A stretch of DNA of 64,000 nucleotides. Origin: a virus. Its lineage: Duplodnaviria; Caudoviricetes. The DNA is taken from the IMG/VR virus record IMGVR_UViG_2924810865_000002, positions 1,799 through 65,798 of that record. The stretch is one strand, 5' to 3'. A program made the translations under genes and the position numbers. Of this stretch, positions 10,113-19,363 are shown one piece after another. The notes beneath the pieces are model-generated. The model had not been told where the DNA came from, ran no database searches, and was given only the letters and a program-made list of their open reading frames with translations. Positions within the stretch are counted from its first letter, which is position 1; each line of letters starts with the position of its first letter.

Positions 10113-10697
10113 CTCTTCCACCACATCAAAGGTCTCAATCCCTTGCGAGATAATCAACGCCCCCACCAAAATTCGCCCGTAAGCCAGTGGCATGGCTTGC
10201 CCTTGTGCGACCCGATTTTGTAGCCCGCTGAATGCCGTCGAAGATTTTTTCTCTTGCTCGTTGAAACTCCCCATACTCGGCGTTTTAGTCAGCATTTGTG
10301 CCACACCACCAAGCAGCATCGACGCCCCCATTCCGCCTAACATCATTGCCGTTTGTGAAGCGATAATCCCCCCCACAGGACCGAGTAACACTGCCGCACC
10401 AATCAAAGCAATACCCGCAATCACGCCAAATACGCCACCACGCTTCGCCCCTTTTAACACTGGAGTAAAATGCACCGTCATTCCCGCTCTCAAGCGGTAA
10501 TGCAAGCCTTTTTCCAAGTATCGATTATCTAAATATTGCGAACCAATACGGACTTTATACATCCCTTGTTGCATCATATGACGCAGTCCTTCTAGTTGGC
10601 TCATCAAGGCTTTTAACACCTCTGCCACCGTTTGGCAATCTAGCTGAAAATCCGTGCCAAAACGCTTGAGTGAGCCGTAAAATTTAATCTTGATCAT
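10104..10697 (-). CDS. Tail assembly protein I
   Basis: MIKIKFYGSLKRFG...NRVAQGQAMPLAYGRILVG, lambda gpI pattern. Confidence 0.9.
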   Translation of the reverse strand: MIKIKFYGSLKRFGTDFQLDCQTVAEVLKALMSQLEGLRHMMQQGMYKVRIGSQYLDNRYLEKGLHYRLRAGMTVHFTPVLKGAKRGGVFGVIAGIALIGAAVLLGPVGGIIASQTAMMLGGMGASMLLGGVAQMLTKTPSMGSFNEQEKKSSTAFSGLQNRVAQGQAMPLAYGRILVGALIISQGIETFDVVEEKK

Positions 10698-10706
10698 AGT
10701 GATGTC

Positions 10707-11441
10707 CTATAAAGTAGAAAGCGGAATGGAAAAATCCAACTGCTCGGCATTGTGGTGTCGCCAAATCGAGTGCGTATGTTTGAGCCAGTAGCCATCATAT
10801 AAATCTCGCTTGCTAAGTCGTTTTGGGCTGTGGTGCAATACTTGCTGTTCGCCTAAGTAAATGCCTGCGTGATTCGGCACGTTCGCCCCTACCTGCATCA
10901 AAATCACATCGCCAATTTGCAAAGTTTCCTGAAAATCTAACCGCTTGAATCCCTGCCCTTCGAGATTATCTAAGTAAAGATTTTGCCCGTTGTGCCACCA
11001 CTCATCGGGGCGATTGAACTCGTCCATATCTAAACCCGCTAAAAAGTAGAAATCTTTAAACAACGTGTAGCAATCGGTTTTGCCGTGCTCAAAGGTTCTG
11101 CCAACAAGCGGGGCAATTTTCGGGAAACGTTGCAATTTACCCTCACAGACTAAAAGCCAATCGCAATCGGTGTGGGCGAACATCTGACGGTCAGCAAGCG
11201 ATAACACAGGTTCGCCATTCGGGTGTGAATGAACAATCGCCTCAATCCACCCCAATTTTTCCGCCTCGATTTGTTCTTCTGGAGCAATCTCAAAATAGTT
11301 TTCAGGATCTTGTGCTACATTGTGGCAAGGATAATAAAACCGTTCGCCCGCCATATGGTCTCGCAAAATAAAACCGCAACATTCGTGCGGTTCTGTGGAT
11401 TTGGCGTAGTCAATAATTTGTTGTTCAATAGATTCTTTCAT
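10707..11441 (-). CDS. Tail assembly protein K (JAB plus NlpC/P60)
   Basis: EAIVHSHP, DCYTL, NHAGIYLG...LHH. Confidence 0.92.
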   Translation of the reverse strand: MKESIEQQIIDYAKSTEPHECCGFILRDHMAGERFYYPCHNVAQDPENYFEIAPEEQIEAEKLGWIEAIVHSHPNGEPVLSLADRQMFAHTDCDWLLVCEGKLQRFPKIAPLVGRTFEHGKTDCYTLFKDFYFLAGLDMDEFNRPDEWWHNGQNLYLDNLEGQGFKRLDFQETLQIGDVILMQVGANVPNHAGIYLGEQQVLHHSPKRLSKRDLYDGYWLKHTHSIWRHHNAEQLDFSIPLSTL

Positions 11442-11448
11442 TTTATTT

Positions 11449-11474
11449 TCCCATTTTGGGAAATTATGTTATAA
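11449..11474 (+). promoter_or_regulatory. higBA promoter/operator
   Basis: TCCCA-TTT-TGGGA (11449-11461) upstream of TATAAT. Confidence 0.6.
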
Positions 11475-11502
11475 TTTCACCAAATAAAGAGAGGATAACA
11501 AG

Positions 11503-11787
11503 ATGCTTGTTGTGGGAATTGATAAACTCGTTGCTTTTAGCCAAAAACACGCCAATGCCGAAAAGGCATTGAAAACGTGGCTTAAAAGTGTGGAATTGTC
11601 TCAATGGAAAACACCGCAAGATATTAAAAATAGCTATCGCAGTGCGGATTTTCTTGCCGACAATCGAGTTATTTTCAACATTAAAGGCAATCATTATCGC
11701 CTTGTCGTTAAGGTGCGCTATGTCAATGGCATTGTCAAAATCGAATGGATTGGCACGCACGCAGAATATGACAAGCAACAATTTTAA
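11503..11787 (+). CDS. higB: HigB toxin
   Basis: WKTPQDIKNSYRSADFLADNRVIFNIKGNHYRLVV...WIGTHAEYDK. Confidence 0.9.
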   Translation: MLVVGIDKLVAFSQKHANAEKALKTWLKSVELSQWKTPQDIKNSYRSADFLADNRVIFNIKGNHYRLVVKVRYVNGIVKIEWIGTHAEYDKQQF

Positions 11788-11796
11788 GGAGGCGTT

Positions 11797-12162
11797 ATGA
11801 CACAAATTCGCTTAATTACCAACGAAGAAGATTATCAACAAGCCCTTACCCGCTTAGATACGCTAATGGATTTAGACCCACCTGAAGAAAGCGAAGCGGC
11901 ACTAGAGCTTGAAGCCTTGGCGTTGTTGATTCAATCCTACGAAAAAAAATATTATGCATTCCCAACCGATGATGTGAGTGTGCTGGATATGATCCAGTTC
12001 AGAATGGAACAAAACAACTTAACCACCAAAGATATGACGGCTTATTTAGGCTCACCTTCTAAAGTCTCTGAGGTGTTAAGTGGCAAGCGTCCATTAAGCC
12101 TGACGATGATCAAGAAACTTTATCACGGCTTAGGTATCCCAGCACAGTTGTTGTTAGCCTAA
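11797..12162 (+). CDS. higA: HigA antitoxin
   Basis: ITNEEDYQQAL...IQFRMEQ...SKVSEVLSGKRPLSLTMIKKLYHGLGIPA. Confidence 0.9.
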   Translation: MTQIRLITNEEDYQQALTRLDTLMDLDPPEESEAALELEALALLIQSYEKKYYAFPTDDVSVLDMIQFRMEQNNLTTKDMTAYLGSPSKVSEVLSGKRPLSLTMIKKLYHGLGIPAQLLLA

Positions 12163-12867
12163 TTTATTCACCCCAATAAACCCACCATAATTGAGGGTGT
12201 TATGACGTAGCTGACAACCCCGCAAGCACCCTGAGCATTTGTCTTTTTTCGGGTCGGTGGTCGGTTGGTCTTTTTCATCTGCAACAGGTCTGCCCGTATA
12301 ACCGCATTCTGTTGAGCGATACACCCACGGGCACGTGACTAAAATCGTTCGCTTGTTAATCACGGCATTATCGGTTTCCGTCGGCAACGCCAGCGTAAAG
12401 GTCGCCATATCTTGCGTGAGCGTGGTTAATTGCTCAATCAGGTAATAACTCACTCGCTCTTGCTGTGGATCGGCATTGCGATTACCCGCTTTAAAGTTTG
12501 CGGCATCTAAAAACTGGGCATACACTTGCCGTCTGCGGACAATCGCACCTAAGCATTGCTCGAAGTTGTTCGAGAGGGCGGTCACAAAGCCATCAAAATT
12601 GATGACCGTGAGCGTGGGTCGATTGCTTGCCCCCTGCCCTGACATTTCAAAGCCTTCTGCCTTGACCCCAAAGGGCGTATAGCCGTTACCTTGCCAAATA
12701 ATCGGCTGGGTAAGTTCATTCGTGCCCGCATAAAAACGGAACAGCTCACCACGATTGCCGTCTTTGCCCGTAAGCTGTCGCATATCGACCTCAAACAAGT
12801 CAAGCAACGCCGTTTGTTCGAGCTTTGCCAGTTCAAGCTGAAATGTTGGAGTGATATTTGCGGTCAT
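12154..12867 (-). CDS. Minor tail protein L
   Basis: C-terminal Cys motif CPWVYRSTECGY...CSGCLRGC...YGGF. Confidence 0.92.
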   Translation of the reverse strand: MTANITPTFQLELAKLEQTALLDLFEVDMRQLTGKDGNRGELFRFYAGTNELTQPIIWQGNGYTPFGVKAEGFEMSGQGASNRPTLTVINFDGFVTALSNNFEQCLGAIVRRRQVYAQFLDAANFKAGNRNADPQQERVSYYLIEQLTTLTQDMATFTLALPTETDNAVINKRTILVTCPWVYRSTECGYTGRPVADEKDQPTTDPKKDKCSGCLRGCQLRHNTLNYGGFIGVNKLG

Positions 12868-13193
12868 GAAACGACCTCCTCAAACTCGCCAGTCAATTGC
12901 CCATAGGCTTGCTGATAAATGACTTGATGCTCTTTACATCTGTATTTGCCTTGCTTGCCGAAAGGGGGCGTCCAGAGGAAGGTTTTATAACCGCCGTGGC
13001 GAGTGAGGAAATCATCAATCTGCTTGATCTTGGCAATATTGCCGCTAAAAGTCAGGCTAAATGTCGCTCGATTATGGTTCAACCCTTGCGGGCGAGATTG
13101 GGTATAGCCATCACCAAAATCAACTTCACTCAATTTCGGGCTTTGCTTTTTACTCGCTTGATAATCAGGACTAAAATTTAAGGTTTCCATCAA
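12864..13193 (-). CDS. Minor tail protein M
   Basis: VDFGDGYTQSRPQGLN...FLTRHGGYKTFLWTPP. Confidence 0.92.
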   Translation of the reverse strand: MMETLNFSPDYQASKKQSPKLSEVDFGDGYTQSRPQGLNHNRATFSLTFSGNIAKIKQIDDFLTRHGGYKTFLWTPPFGKQGKYRCKEHQVIYQQAYGQLTGEFEEVVS

Positions 13194-13522
13194 TGCTCCA
13201 TTTGCGTGTTGAGATAAATTAAATCCAATTGTTTAATCACATCAATTTCCCAACTGTCGAGCTTCATTTTATAGAGCCTGCCCCACGCCTCTATTTCCGT
13301 AAAAGTCAGCGGGTTCAAGCTCATTCCGCACTGCCTTGCCGTGGAAAGTTGTTGGAAATAACCCAATAAATAAGCCACCGCATCATTCGGTGGCTCATTG
13401 TCAAGCTCGACGGGCATTTCGCCTGTCTGCTCATACAGCGAGAGTAAATGTGCCCGCAAGGTCGCTTTACTCTCTTTGGGGTGTTTATCCAGCTCAAACT
13501 CTTTTTTTGCGTAACGCAGCAA
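13190..13522 (-). CDS. Tail assembly chaperone T segment (expressed as a GT frameshift fusion)
   Basis: NPLTFTEIEAWGRL...WEIDVIKQLD; the -1 frame is open from the slippery site in G. Confidence 0.8.
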   Translation of the reverse strand: MLRYAKKEFELDKHPKESKATLRAHLLSLYEQTGEMPVELDNEPPNDAVAYLLGYFQQLSTARQCGMSLNPLTFTEIEAWGRLYKMKLDSWEIDVIKQLDLIYLNTQMEH

Positions 13523-13530
13523 ATCGTCAA

Positions 13531-13932
13531 TTAAGCCGTCAAGAACTTTCCCAAATCGTTGGAATGTTCCAGAATTTGGTCAATCATCCAATCGCATTCA
13601 CTCAATACCATACGGGCATTTTCTTCGCTAAAGGCAAGCGGTTTACCTTCCCATTCTAAACCGTCCCAATTCTCTAAGCGGCTTAAGGCAAGCTCTAAGG
13701 TTTCTGTGCGTAATTCATCTAAGCCTTTTAATTGAGGCTTGCGACTTTTGGCATTTTCAATTTCACGCAACTGCTCTTTTTTCAGTTTTTTCTGCAAGTA
13801 AGCAAATGCCTTGTCTGATTTTGCCGACACCACACTGATTTTTACCCCCAATTCATCACTCGTTTCAGGATGAAGCAAGTTAAAGGTAAAGGTTTCTGCT
13901 AAAGCTGATTTTGATAAGTTTTTTAAGTCCAT
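13531..13932 (-). CDS. Tail assembly chaperone G
   Basis: Follows the major tail gene; ends with G-GGA-AAG slippery heptamer. Confidence 0.82.
   Translation of the reverse strand: MDLKNLSKSALAETFTFNLLHPETSDELGVKISVVSAKSDKAFAYLQKKLKKEQLREIENAKSRKPQLKGLDELRTETLELALSRLENWDGLEWEGKPLAFSEENARMVLSECDWMIDQILEHSNDLGKFLTA
13546..13552 (-). other. Programmed -1 frameshift site GGGAAAG
   Basis: Same heptamer as lambda gpG/GT, in X XXY YYZ phase. Confidence 0.85.
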
Positions 13933-13985
13933 AAAATTTCCTTATGTTGCAAAAAAACGGTCAACATTGACCGCTTGTAAAGGTA

Positions 13986-14999
13986 TTAAGCCAACGTATC
14001 TTGCACAATCATTGTCGTTGCAGTTTTTAAGCGGTCATCAATCGTGCTGGCTGCATCCCACACCCCTGGGAACGCATCAAAATTAAGGGTTTGCATTAAG
14101 TTTTTCGCCCCGTCATCGATTTCAGAGGACGTTACCTTAATTGCTGGTAAGATAATTGCCATATAATCGCTGTCGTTGCTTGTTTCGGCATCCATACGTA
14201 ATGCCAAAGAAAGGTTAGTGCCAAGACGTACCGCATCAATCATCGCTTTGTTTTGCAGATACATGGTAAACGAACCACTGACGGCAACAGTGCCAATAAA
14301 TACATCGGGGGCATAAGTCGCTCCTAGCACGGCTTCACTGGATGCATTCAAATCAATATCGAGCTTAAACGAGGTAATCAGTGCCATCTGTTGTTTATTC
14401 AGTTGAAGCGAACCTTTCACGCCCGCTAATTTACCTGATTGGGCGATATTCGGTGGACTCGTGAAATATTGCGTTGCACTTTCTTCACCACGTTGCCCTA
14501 AAAAGGTGACGGTAACAGAGGCAATACCATTCGGCTCCACTTCCAGTGATAATTTTGATACACGGCAACCGAGATATTGACGGGATAAGCCAATATCTTT
14601 AAACCAGTCTTCAATCGTGAAGCTATCCGTCGAATGTGCGGTTTGTGGTACAACTAAAATCTTGCCATTTTTCTCACCTTGCCCGTTTGCGGTTTTCTTG
14701 ATAATCGGCGGTTTCGCTTCAGCACCGAAAGCCCCCCGTAAAGCCGCGGCAAATGCCCACGCCCATTGCCCTGCGGCAAGTTCACCTTTTACATCGCCTT
14801 CCACTTTTTCAAACCCGACAATCGAAGCCGCACGTTGCATATCGTCGCGAATTTCTGCCGATTGGAATGACTCAAAATTAACGTTAAGTGAAGTTTCAAT
14901 GCGAGGCAATAATTTCGCCGTGTTTTTGGCAGGTTTCATGCCGAAGGTGGTTTCTTTAGACAGTGCCACCGAACGCTGTGTCCCTTGTGAATTTGCCAT
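13986..14999 (-). CDS. Major tail tube protein
   Basis: MANSQGTQR...ETTFG...SAEIRDDMQ...SFTIE; GGAGG RBS precedes ATG at 14999. Confidence 0.85.
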   Translation of the reverse strand: MANSQGTQRSVALSKETTFGMKPAKNTAKLLPRIETSLNVNFESFQSAEIRDDMQRAASIVGFEKVEGDVKGELAAGQWAWAFAAALRGAFGAEAKPPIIKKTANGQGEKNGKILVVPQTAHSTDSFTIEDWFKDIGLSRQYLGCRVSKLSLEVEPNGIASVTVTFLGQRGEESATQYFTSPPNIAQSGKLAGVKGSLQLNKQQMALITSFKLDIDLNASSEAVLGATYAPDVFIGTVAVSGSFTMYLQNKAMIDAVRLGTNLSLALRMDAETSNDSDYMAIILPAIKVTSSEIDDGAKNLMQTLNFDAFPGVWDAASTIDDRLKTATTMIVQDTLA

Positions 15000-15030
15000 A
15001 CAATTCCTCCATAATGAAAATTTTGGCAAT

Positions 15031-15074
15031 AAAAAAACCGCTTGTAAGCCAAATTCTTACAAGCGGTTACTTTT
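15031..15074. terminator. Terminator formed by an inverted pair of uptake signal sequences
   Basis: ACCGCTTGT (15037) and ACAAGCGGT (15059) flanked by A/T runs. Confidence 0.8.
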
Positions 15075-15081
15075 AAAATTT

Positions 15082-15780
15082 TTATTTTATTTCTGTAATC
15101 TTTATATCTGCTGTTCGATTATGCTCATAAAAGCTACATTCTGCATTATATTTGCCTTCTACGCCAAATGCATTTTTTGCCGAAAATTCTAATTGAACAA
15201 CAATATCCCCAGTAACACTAGGGCGAACTATTTTATTAAAAATACTTGAATCGACAGTTGCAGGGAAATTGGCTCTTTTTTTTACCATATCTAAGCAATA
15301 ACGATAATATTCATATTGATCAATTTTCCCAAACTTTTCCTTAACAGATTGTACAGTTAATTTTGATTTTATATCATTCTCGCTAATATAAAAGCGTTCC
15401 TTATTTTTACAATCTACAAAAAATACAATTCTAGATTTCGGCTCGCTTTGGTTATCAGATAAACTAACATCTATAATCTCATCACATCGCTTAGATTGAT
15501 AAGCAAGTTTCGCAGCATCATACGCTAAGGCGTTGATTTTATGAAAACCATCATCCCCCCATTTTTTATGAGCTTTAGGATAAGCCTTTTTCGTCATAGG
15601 TAAATACACCTTTTCAAAATCGCTTTGGGAAAGTGTTCTTTCTGTTTCATCCTTGTTTTGATTTTGGGATTTTCCTTCTCCATTAGAACTCGTTAGGCTT
15701 TTAATTACACCTATTACAAAAGGAAAAACAAAAAAAATCACAAATAGAATTTTAAAAGTTTTTTTCATTTTAGCCTCCAA
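15082..15780 (-). CDS. AT-rich membrane-anchored moron of unknown function
   Basis: N-terminal hydrophobic segment, four Cys, low GC, inserted between tail terminator and tube genes. Confidence 0.7.
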   Translation of the reverse strand: MEAKMKKTFKILFVIFFVFPFVIGVIKSLTSSNGEGKSQNQNKDETERTLSQSDFEKVYLPMTKKAYPKAHKKWGDDGFHKINALAYDAAKLAYQSKRCDEIIDVSLSDNQSEPKSRIVFFVDCKNKERFYISENDIKSKLTVQSVKEKFGKIDQYEYYRYCLDMVKKRANFPATVDSSIFNKIVRPSVTGDIVVQLEFSAKNAFGVEGKYNAECSFYEHNRTADIKITEIK

Positions 15781-15824
15781 TTTTTCTAAAATTATACAAT
15801 AGAAAGATTAAGACTTACATCAAA

Positions 15825-16223
15825 TTATGCTCCTAATTCATAGGCAGTGAAAGAAATTGTGATCGGCAACGCAAGGCTATTGCCTGATAAAAAAAGCCCA
15901 CCGATTTGCGGTGGGTGATGAATAATCAGCTGAATGTGGGATTCAACCACACTCAAGCCGTAGAAATGTTGGCGTAGCTGACTCGCTCTCTGCTCAATCG
16001 CTTTTGTGCCTTGCCCGTTGTCAAAAAATAAGGTGAGCTGTAAAAAGCCCGTTTCTGTCGCAAGCGGTTTATCGGAAATCGTACTGGTCTTTGCTGTATT
16101 GACCGTTAAATAGACCGCTTGATAAGGCAGTTTATGCTCTGTTTTCACCCCTTCCCAAGCGGTCGGAAAAGTATCCAATTTTGCTAAATGACTTTCTAAA
16201 ATGCGTCGAATTTGCGGTTTCAT
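15825..16223 (-). CDS. Tail terminator-like protein (DUF4128 type)
   Basis: Position, size and GFLQLTLFFDNGQG motif. Confidence 0.65.
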   Translation of the reverse strand: MKPQIRRILESHLAKLDTFPTAWEGVKTEHKLPYQAVYLTVNTAKTSTISDKPLATETGFLQLTLFFDNGQGTKAIEQRASQLRQHFYGLSVVESHIQLIIHHPPQIGGLFLSGNSLALPITISFTAYELGA

Positions 16224-16231
16224 TGCCTACC

Positions 16232-16630
16232 TCATAGATGTGAATGTTGAGCATAATACGCATTGATTTCATCCACGGAAATGCGAATCATCCCTTGAGG
16301 GGCTTGCACAGAATAACCACGTCGTATCTTCCCTGTTTTAGAAGGACTAGGATATAAGCCATATTCCAGCATCGGGGCATAAGGTTTGTCCGTCGCAATC
16401 ACTATCGTATCGGACAACCGAGCCTGAGCAATGGCGATTTGACTGCCATCGTAATTGCTCGGTACAGCATTCAAAGCAACCGTCCACGAACGTCGCAACG
16501 CGCCACTATCAACAGGGGTTTTCTTCTGTACCTTGTTGAGGGTATCTAACGCAATTTTGCGAAAGCCTTGTGTTTGAGCCAATAATGCGGAATCCACAAA
16601 GCCATCAATGGTGGCACTAAATCTACCCAT
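16232..16630 (-). CDS. HK97 gp10-like tail completion protein
   Basis: TPVDSGALRRSW...PYAPMLEYG...QAPQGM. Confidence 0.85.
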   Translation of the reverse strand: MGRFSATIDGFVDSALLAQTQGFRKIALDTLNKVQKKTPVDSGALRRSWTVALNAVPSNYDGSQIAIAQARLSDTIVIATDKPYAPMLEYGLYPSPSKTGKIRRGYSVQAPQGMIRISVDEINAYYAQHSHL

Positions 16631-16982
16631 AACGTCTTCCTTGTGCTTGATAATAAATCGCTTGTTGTGCAGGACGAATCGGCTGCACCCGAATCACTTG
16701 CCACTTTTCGCCATTGACCGACACAATGTCGTTCACATCAGCTTTTTCAGTGAGTAACATCAACACATCGCCCACTTGAACATCGGCATGAGTGGTCTGA
16801 CGGCTAAAATCATAGGCAAGCGTATCAAATAAACAGGATGCCGACACACTGCGTTTTAATTGGCTGACCTCGCCCGTTTCGGGGTTATATTTGCCCGTTT
16901 TTACTTGTGAAATCACACAAGGGCTGCCAAACTGGCGAATAAGCTTGGTCGATACTTGCTGTAAGTTTTGATAAAGTTGCAT
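16623..16982 (-). CDS. Head closure / head-tail connector protein
   Basis: LIRQFG...GKYNPETG, position in the neck cluster. Confidence 0.65.
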   Translation of the reverse strand: MQLYQNLQQVSTKLIRQFGSPCVISQVKTGKYNPETGEVSQLKRSVSASCLFDTLAYDFSRQTTHADVQVGDVLMLLTEKADVNDIVSVNGEKWQVIRVQPIRPAQQAIYYQAQGRRYG

Positions 16983-17419
16983 TAGCCACGCTCCAATTTC
17001 ACCACGCCAAAGCTACTGCGATCTAACCAAGCGACTAACAGTTGTCGCACATAATCAAAGCGGTTACTGCTATCGGCAATCGTTGAACGGTTGTCATAAT
17101 TGACCGATAAACTGCCGACTTTCACGCTGGTCATCTTCTGCTCTGCGTTTTGGTTGAGATTTTCTTGTAATGCCAGTTCACATACGGCATAGATAATAGC
17201 GGTAGGGATTTTTAACGATTCAAATCCTTTACGCGGAAATTGGCGTAGCTGCATTGGGTCGGCTTTTTCGCCCATAAAGCGATAATTCACATCTAAGAAA
17301 TCTGACGCACTCACCAAGCGGCGAGCCTTTTCCTCTTCGTCTAACGCGGCCCACGCCGCTTTGCTCATTCGCAAATTGTGATACGCATTGGCTTCTTCTA
17401 CGGAAAGATAAGCGGTCAT
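16982..17419 (-). CDS. Head-tail adaptor (DnaT-like family)
   Basis: AYLSVEEANAYH...LVSASDFLD...QLRQFPR...SVKVGSLSVNY. Confidence 0.75.
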   Translation of the reverse strand: MTAYLSVEEANAYHNLRMSKAAWAALDEEEKARRLVSASDFLDVNYRFMGEKADPMQLRQFPRKGFESLKIPTAIIYAVCELALQENLNQNAEQKMTSVKVGSLSVNYDNRSTIADSSNRFDYVRQLLVAWLDRSSFGVVKLERG

Positions 17420-17513
17420 TTTTGTTCCTTAATGTAACAATACTGAAAGAATATCAGGTAAGAAATAAGCCCCAAGTAATTCGCGTTACTTGGGGTTTCG
17501 CTTTTTATTACCG

Positions 17514-18463
17514 TTACTTGGTTTTCACCAACACGCCTGCAGTATCTTTCAATGAGGTAGCCGTTTTACGCCAGTTGGCTGATGCCCCTAATTTAGTATC
17601 ATCAGGAGATTTACCGCCTGCGGTCATATCCCACTCATAACCGAGAATACCTAAGTTATAAGTCCATTCTGCTTGATAAACCGCTGCGATATTTTCACCG
17701 CCTAATTTTGGCTGCATTTCGCTGTTGAAGTCGTTGTTACCGCTCACCATCACCGCATTTTCTTGAAACCTAGCGTGTTATAAGCCGCACCAGTGCTATC
17801 CACTAATGCAGGGCTGTCTGTAACCACAAACAAGCGACCAAACGGATCACGCATCACACTCACGTTATCGTAAGTAAACAAGCGTTCTGCGTTGGTTAAG
17901 GCATTGTCGTACAAGGTGTGTAAGGTGGTTGAATGCACAATCCACGCTTTTAATGCACTAGAGCGGTCGCCAAATAATGCGGCGGCTTTGTTAAGCGTGC
18001 GGAAATTCGGGGCATTTTTCTTGTCGTCTAACACGACTGCTGTTTGTCCGCCAATCGCAGCAACCGCCCCTAAAATTGCGGTGTTTAACATATCTGCCAA
18101 GCGTGCTTTCGCTAATTGTTGCCCGATTTCTACCGCAGCAAGCTCAGGGTTTTGCAATACCCAGCGATATTGTTGCGGTTCGTACTCAATCGGGTGCGTA
18201 CCTGCAGCCACTTTTACTGCGACATTGAGTAATTGCTCTAGGCGTTTCGCTTGCACCGTACCACTGCCATACGCATTACGACGACGCACTAAGCCTTGAA
18301 TCGCTTTAAAGCTCGCACGAATGTCAAAATCACCTTGTGTTGGGGCGTTTTGCAAGGTAATCACGCCACCTGAGGCTTGATTGAATTTTTCAATATCTTG
18401 ATCGACGGTTTCTGTTAACGCTAAATGCGTTTGTTTGTTGAAGACTTGTAAGTCAAAAGCCAT
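17514..18463 (-). pseudogene. Major capsid protein split by a 1-nt deletion
   Basis: 237-aa and 79-aa ORFs rejoin as YNTLG(L)QENAVMVSGNNDF if one base is restored near 17767. Confidence 0.8.
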
Positions 18464-18528
18464 AATAAGCTCCTATGTTATGGTGCGATTGCACCGTAAA
18501 TAAAAAAGGTGCAATCTCTTGCACCCGA

Positions 18529-19269
18529 TTATGAATGTTGTTGCATATACGCAATTTTTTCTGCGTCAGTTTTACATTCGGCAAGGGATTTCGGGGCATT
18601 GCCACCGCCTGTTCCTGTGCCTGCACCTGAACCTGATGTGCCTGATGGTTTTAAAATCGCATCTTTATTTGGATACGCCCCGACTAACGCCTCTAATGCT
18701 TCCTCAAAATCGGCTTTTTCACCTGGGCGTGAACGGCTGTAAATTTCATTGCCATCGGCGAACTTCGCCACCACTTTACCTTCATCTGAAATACTGAAAT
18801 GCTTACCAAAGAAGGCTTGCACCACATCAGAAGGTAAATTTAAATGTTCTGCTGCATATTTAGAACGAGCAAACGAACCACCAATGAGTTCCGCGTGCAA
18901 TTGCGATTGCAGTTTTTCAGCGTGAGATTTGGATTCTGCCAATTGTTCATCAAAAGTTTTACGCATTTCTGCTTTGACCTTCTCCACTTCGCCCGCATCA
19001 ATCAGCTTCTTATCATCGAGATTTTTCACCGTTTCCAAGGCTTTGATAGCGGCTTTCGGATCGGCAATCCCTTCAAACGCTTTCAATTTGGCTTCCACCG
19101 CCTCTTTTGCCTCGCGATGTTGTTTGGCTTCGCTGTTTAATTCTGCGATTTTGACGGTTGCCTTGTTCGCATCAAAGGGAATTTCCTTTCCGTCTGCGTG
19201 AACATACACAGGCATTCCGTCTTTCACTACCACATTGTTGTTTTCATCAAGTTTAAGTTTCATTGTCAT
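18529..19269 (-). CDS. Capsid scaffolding protein (DUF6651 type)
   Basis: MKLKLDENNNVVVKDGMPVY...LNSEAKQHRE...YPNKDAILK, directly upstream of the capsid gene. Confidence 0.8.
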   Translation of the reverse strand: MTMKLKLDENNNVVVKDGMPVYVHADGKEIPFDANKATVKIAELNSEAKQHREAKEAVEAKLKAFEGIADPKAAIKALETVKNLDDKKLIDAGEVEKVKAEMRKTFDEQLAESKSHAEKLQSQLHAELIGGSFARSKYAAEHLNLPSDVVQAFFGKHFSISDEGKVVAKFADGNEIYSRSRPGEKADFEEALEALVGAYPNKDAILKPSGTSGSGAGTGTGGGNAPKSLAECKTDAEKIAYMQQHS

Positions 19270-19363
19270 AATGGATTTCCTTCCAGTTTAGTGAGAGTTG
19301 CCTTTTCCAAGGCGTAAAAAAAACCGCCTACATTGCTGTAAGCGGTTAAATTTTTCAGTTTGT

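Noticed and set aside
17750-17780. Programmed frameshift in the capsid gene
   Set aside because: The downstream piece is the normal capsid C-terminus, not an optional extension, and no X XXY YYZ heptamer in phase was found.
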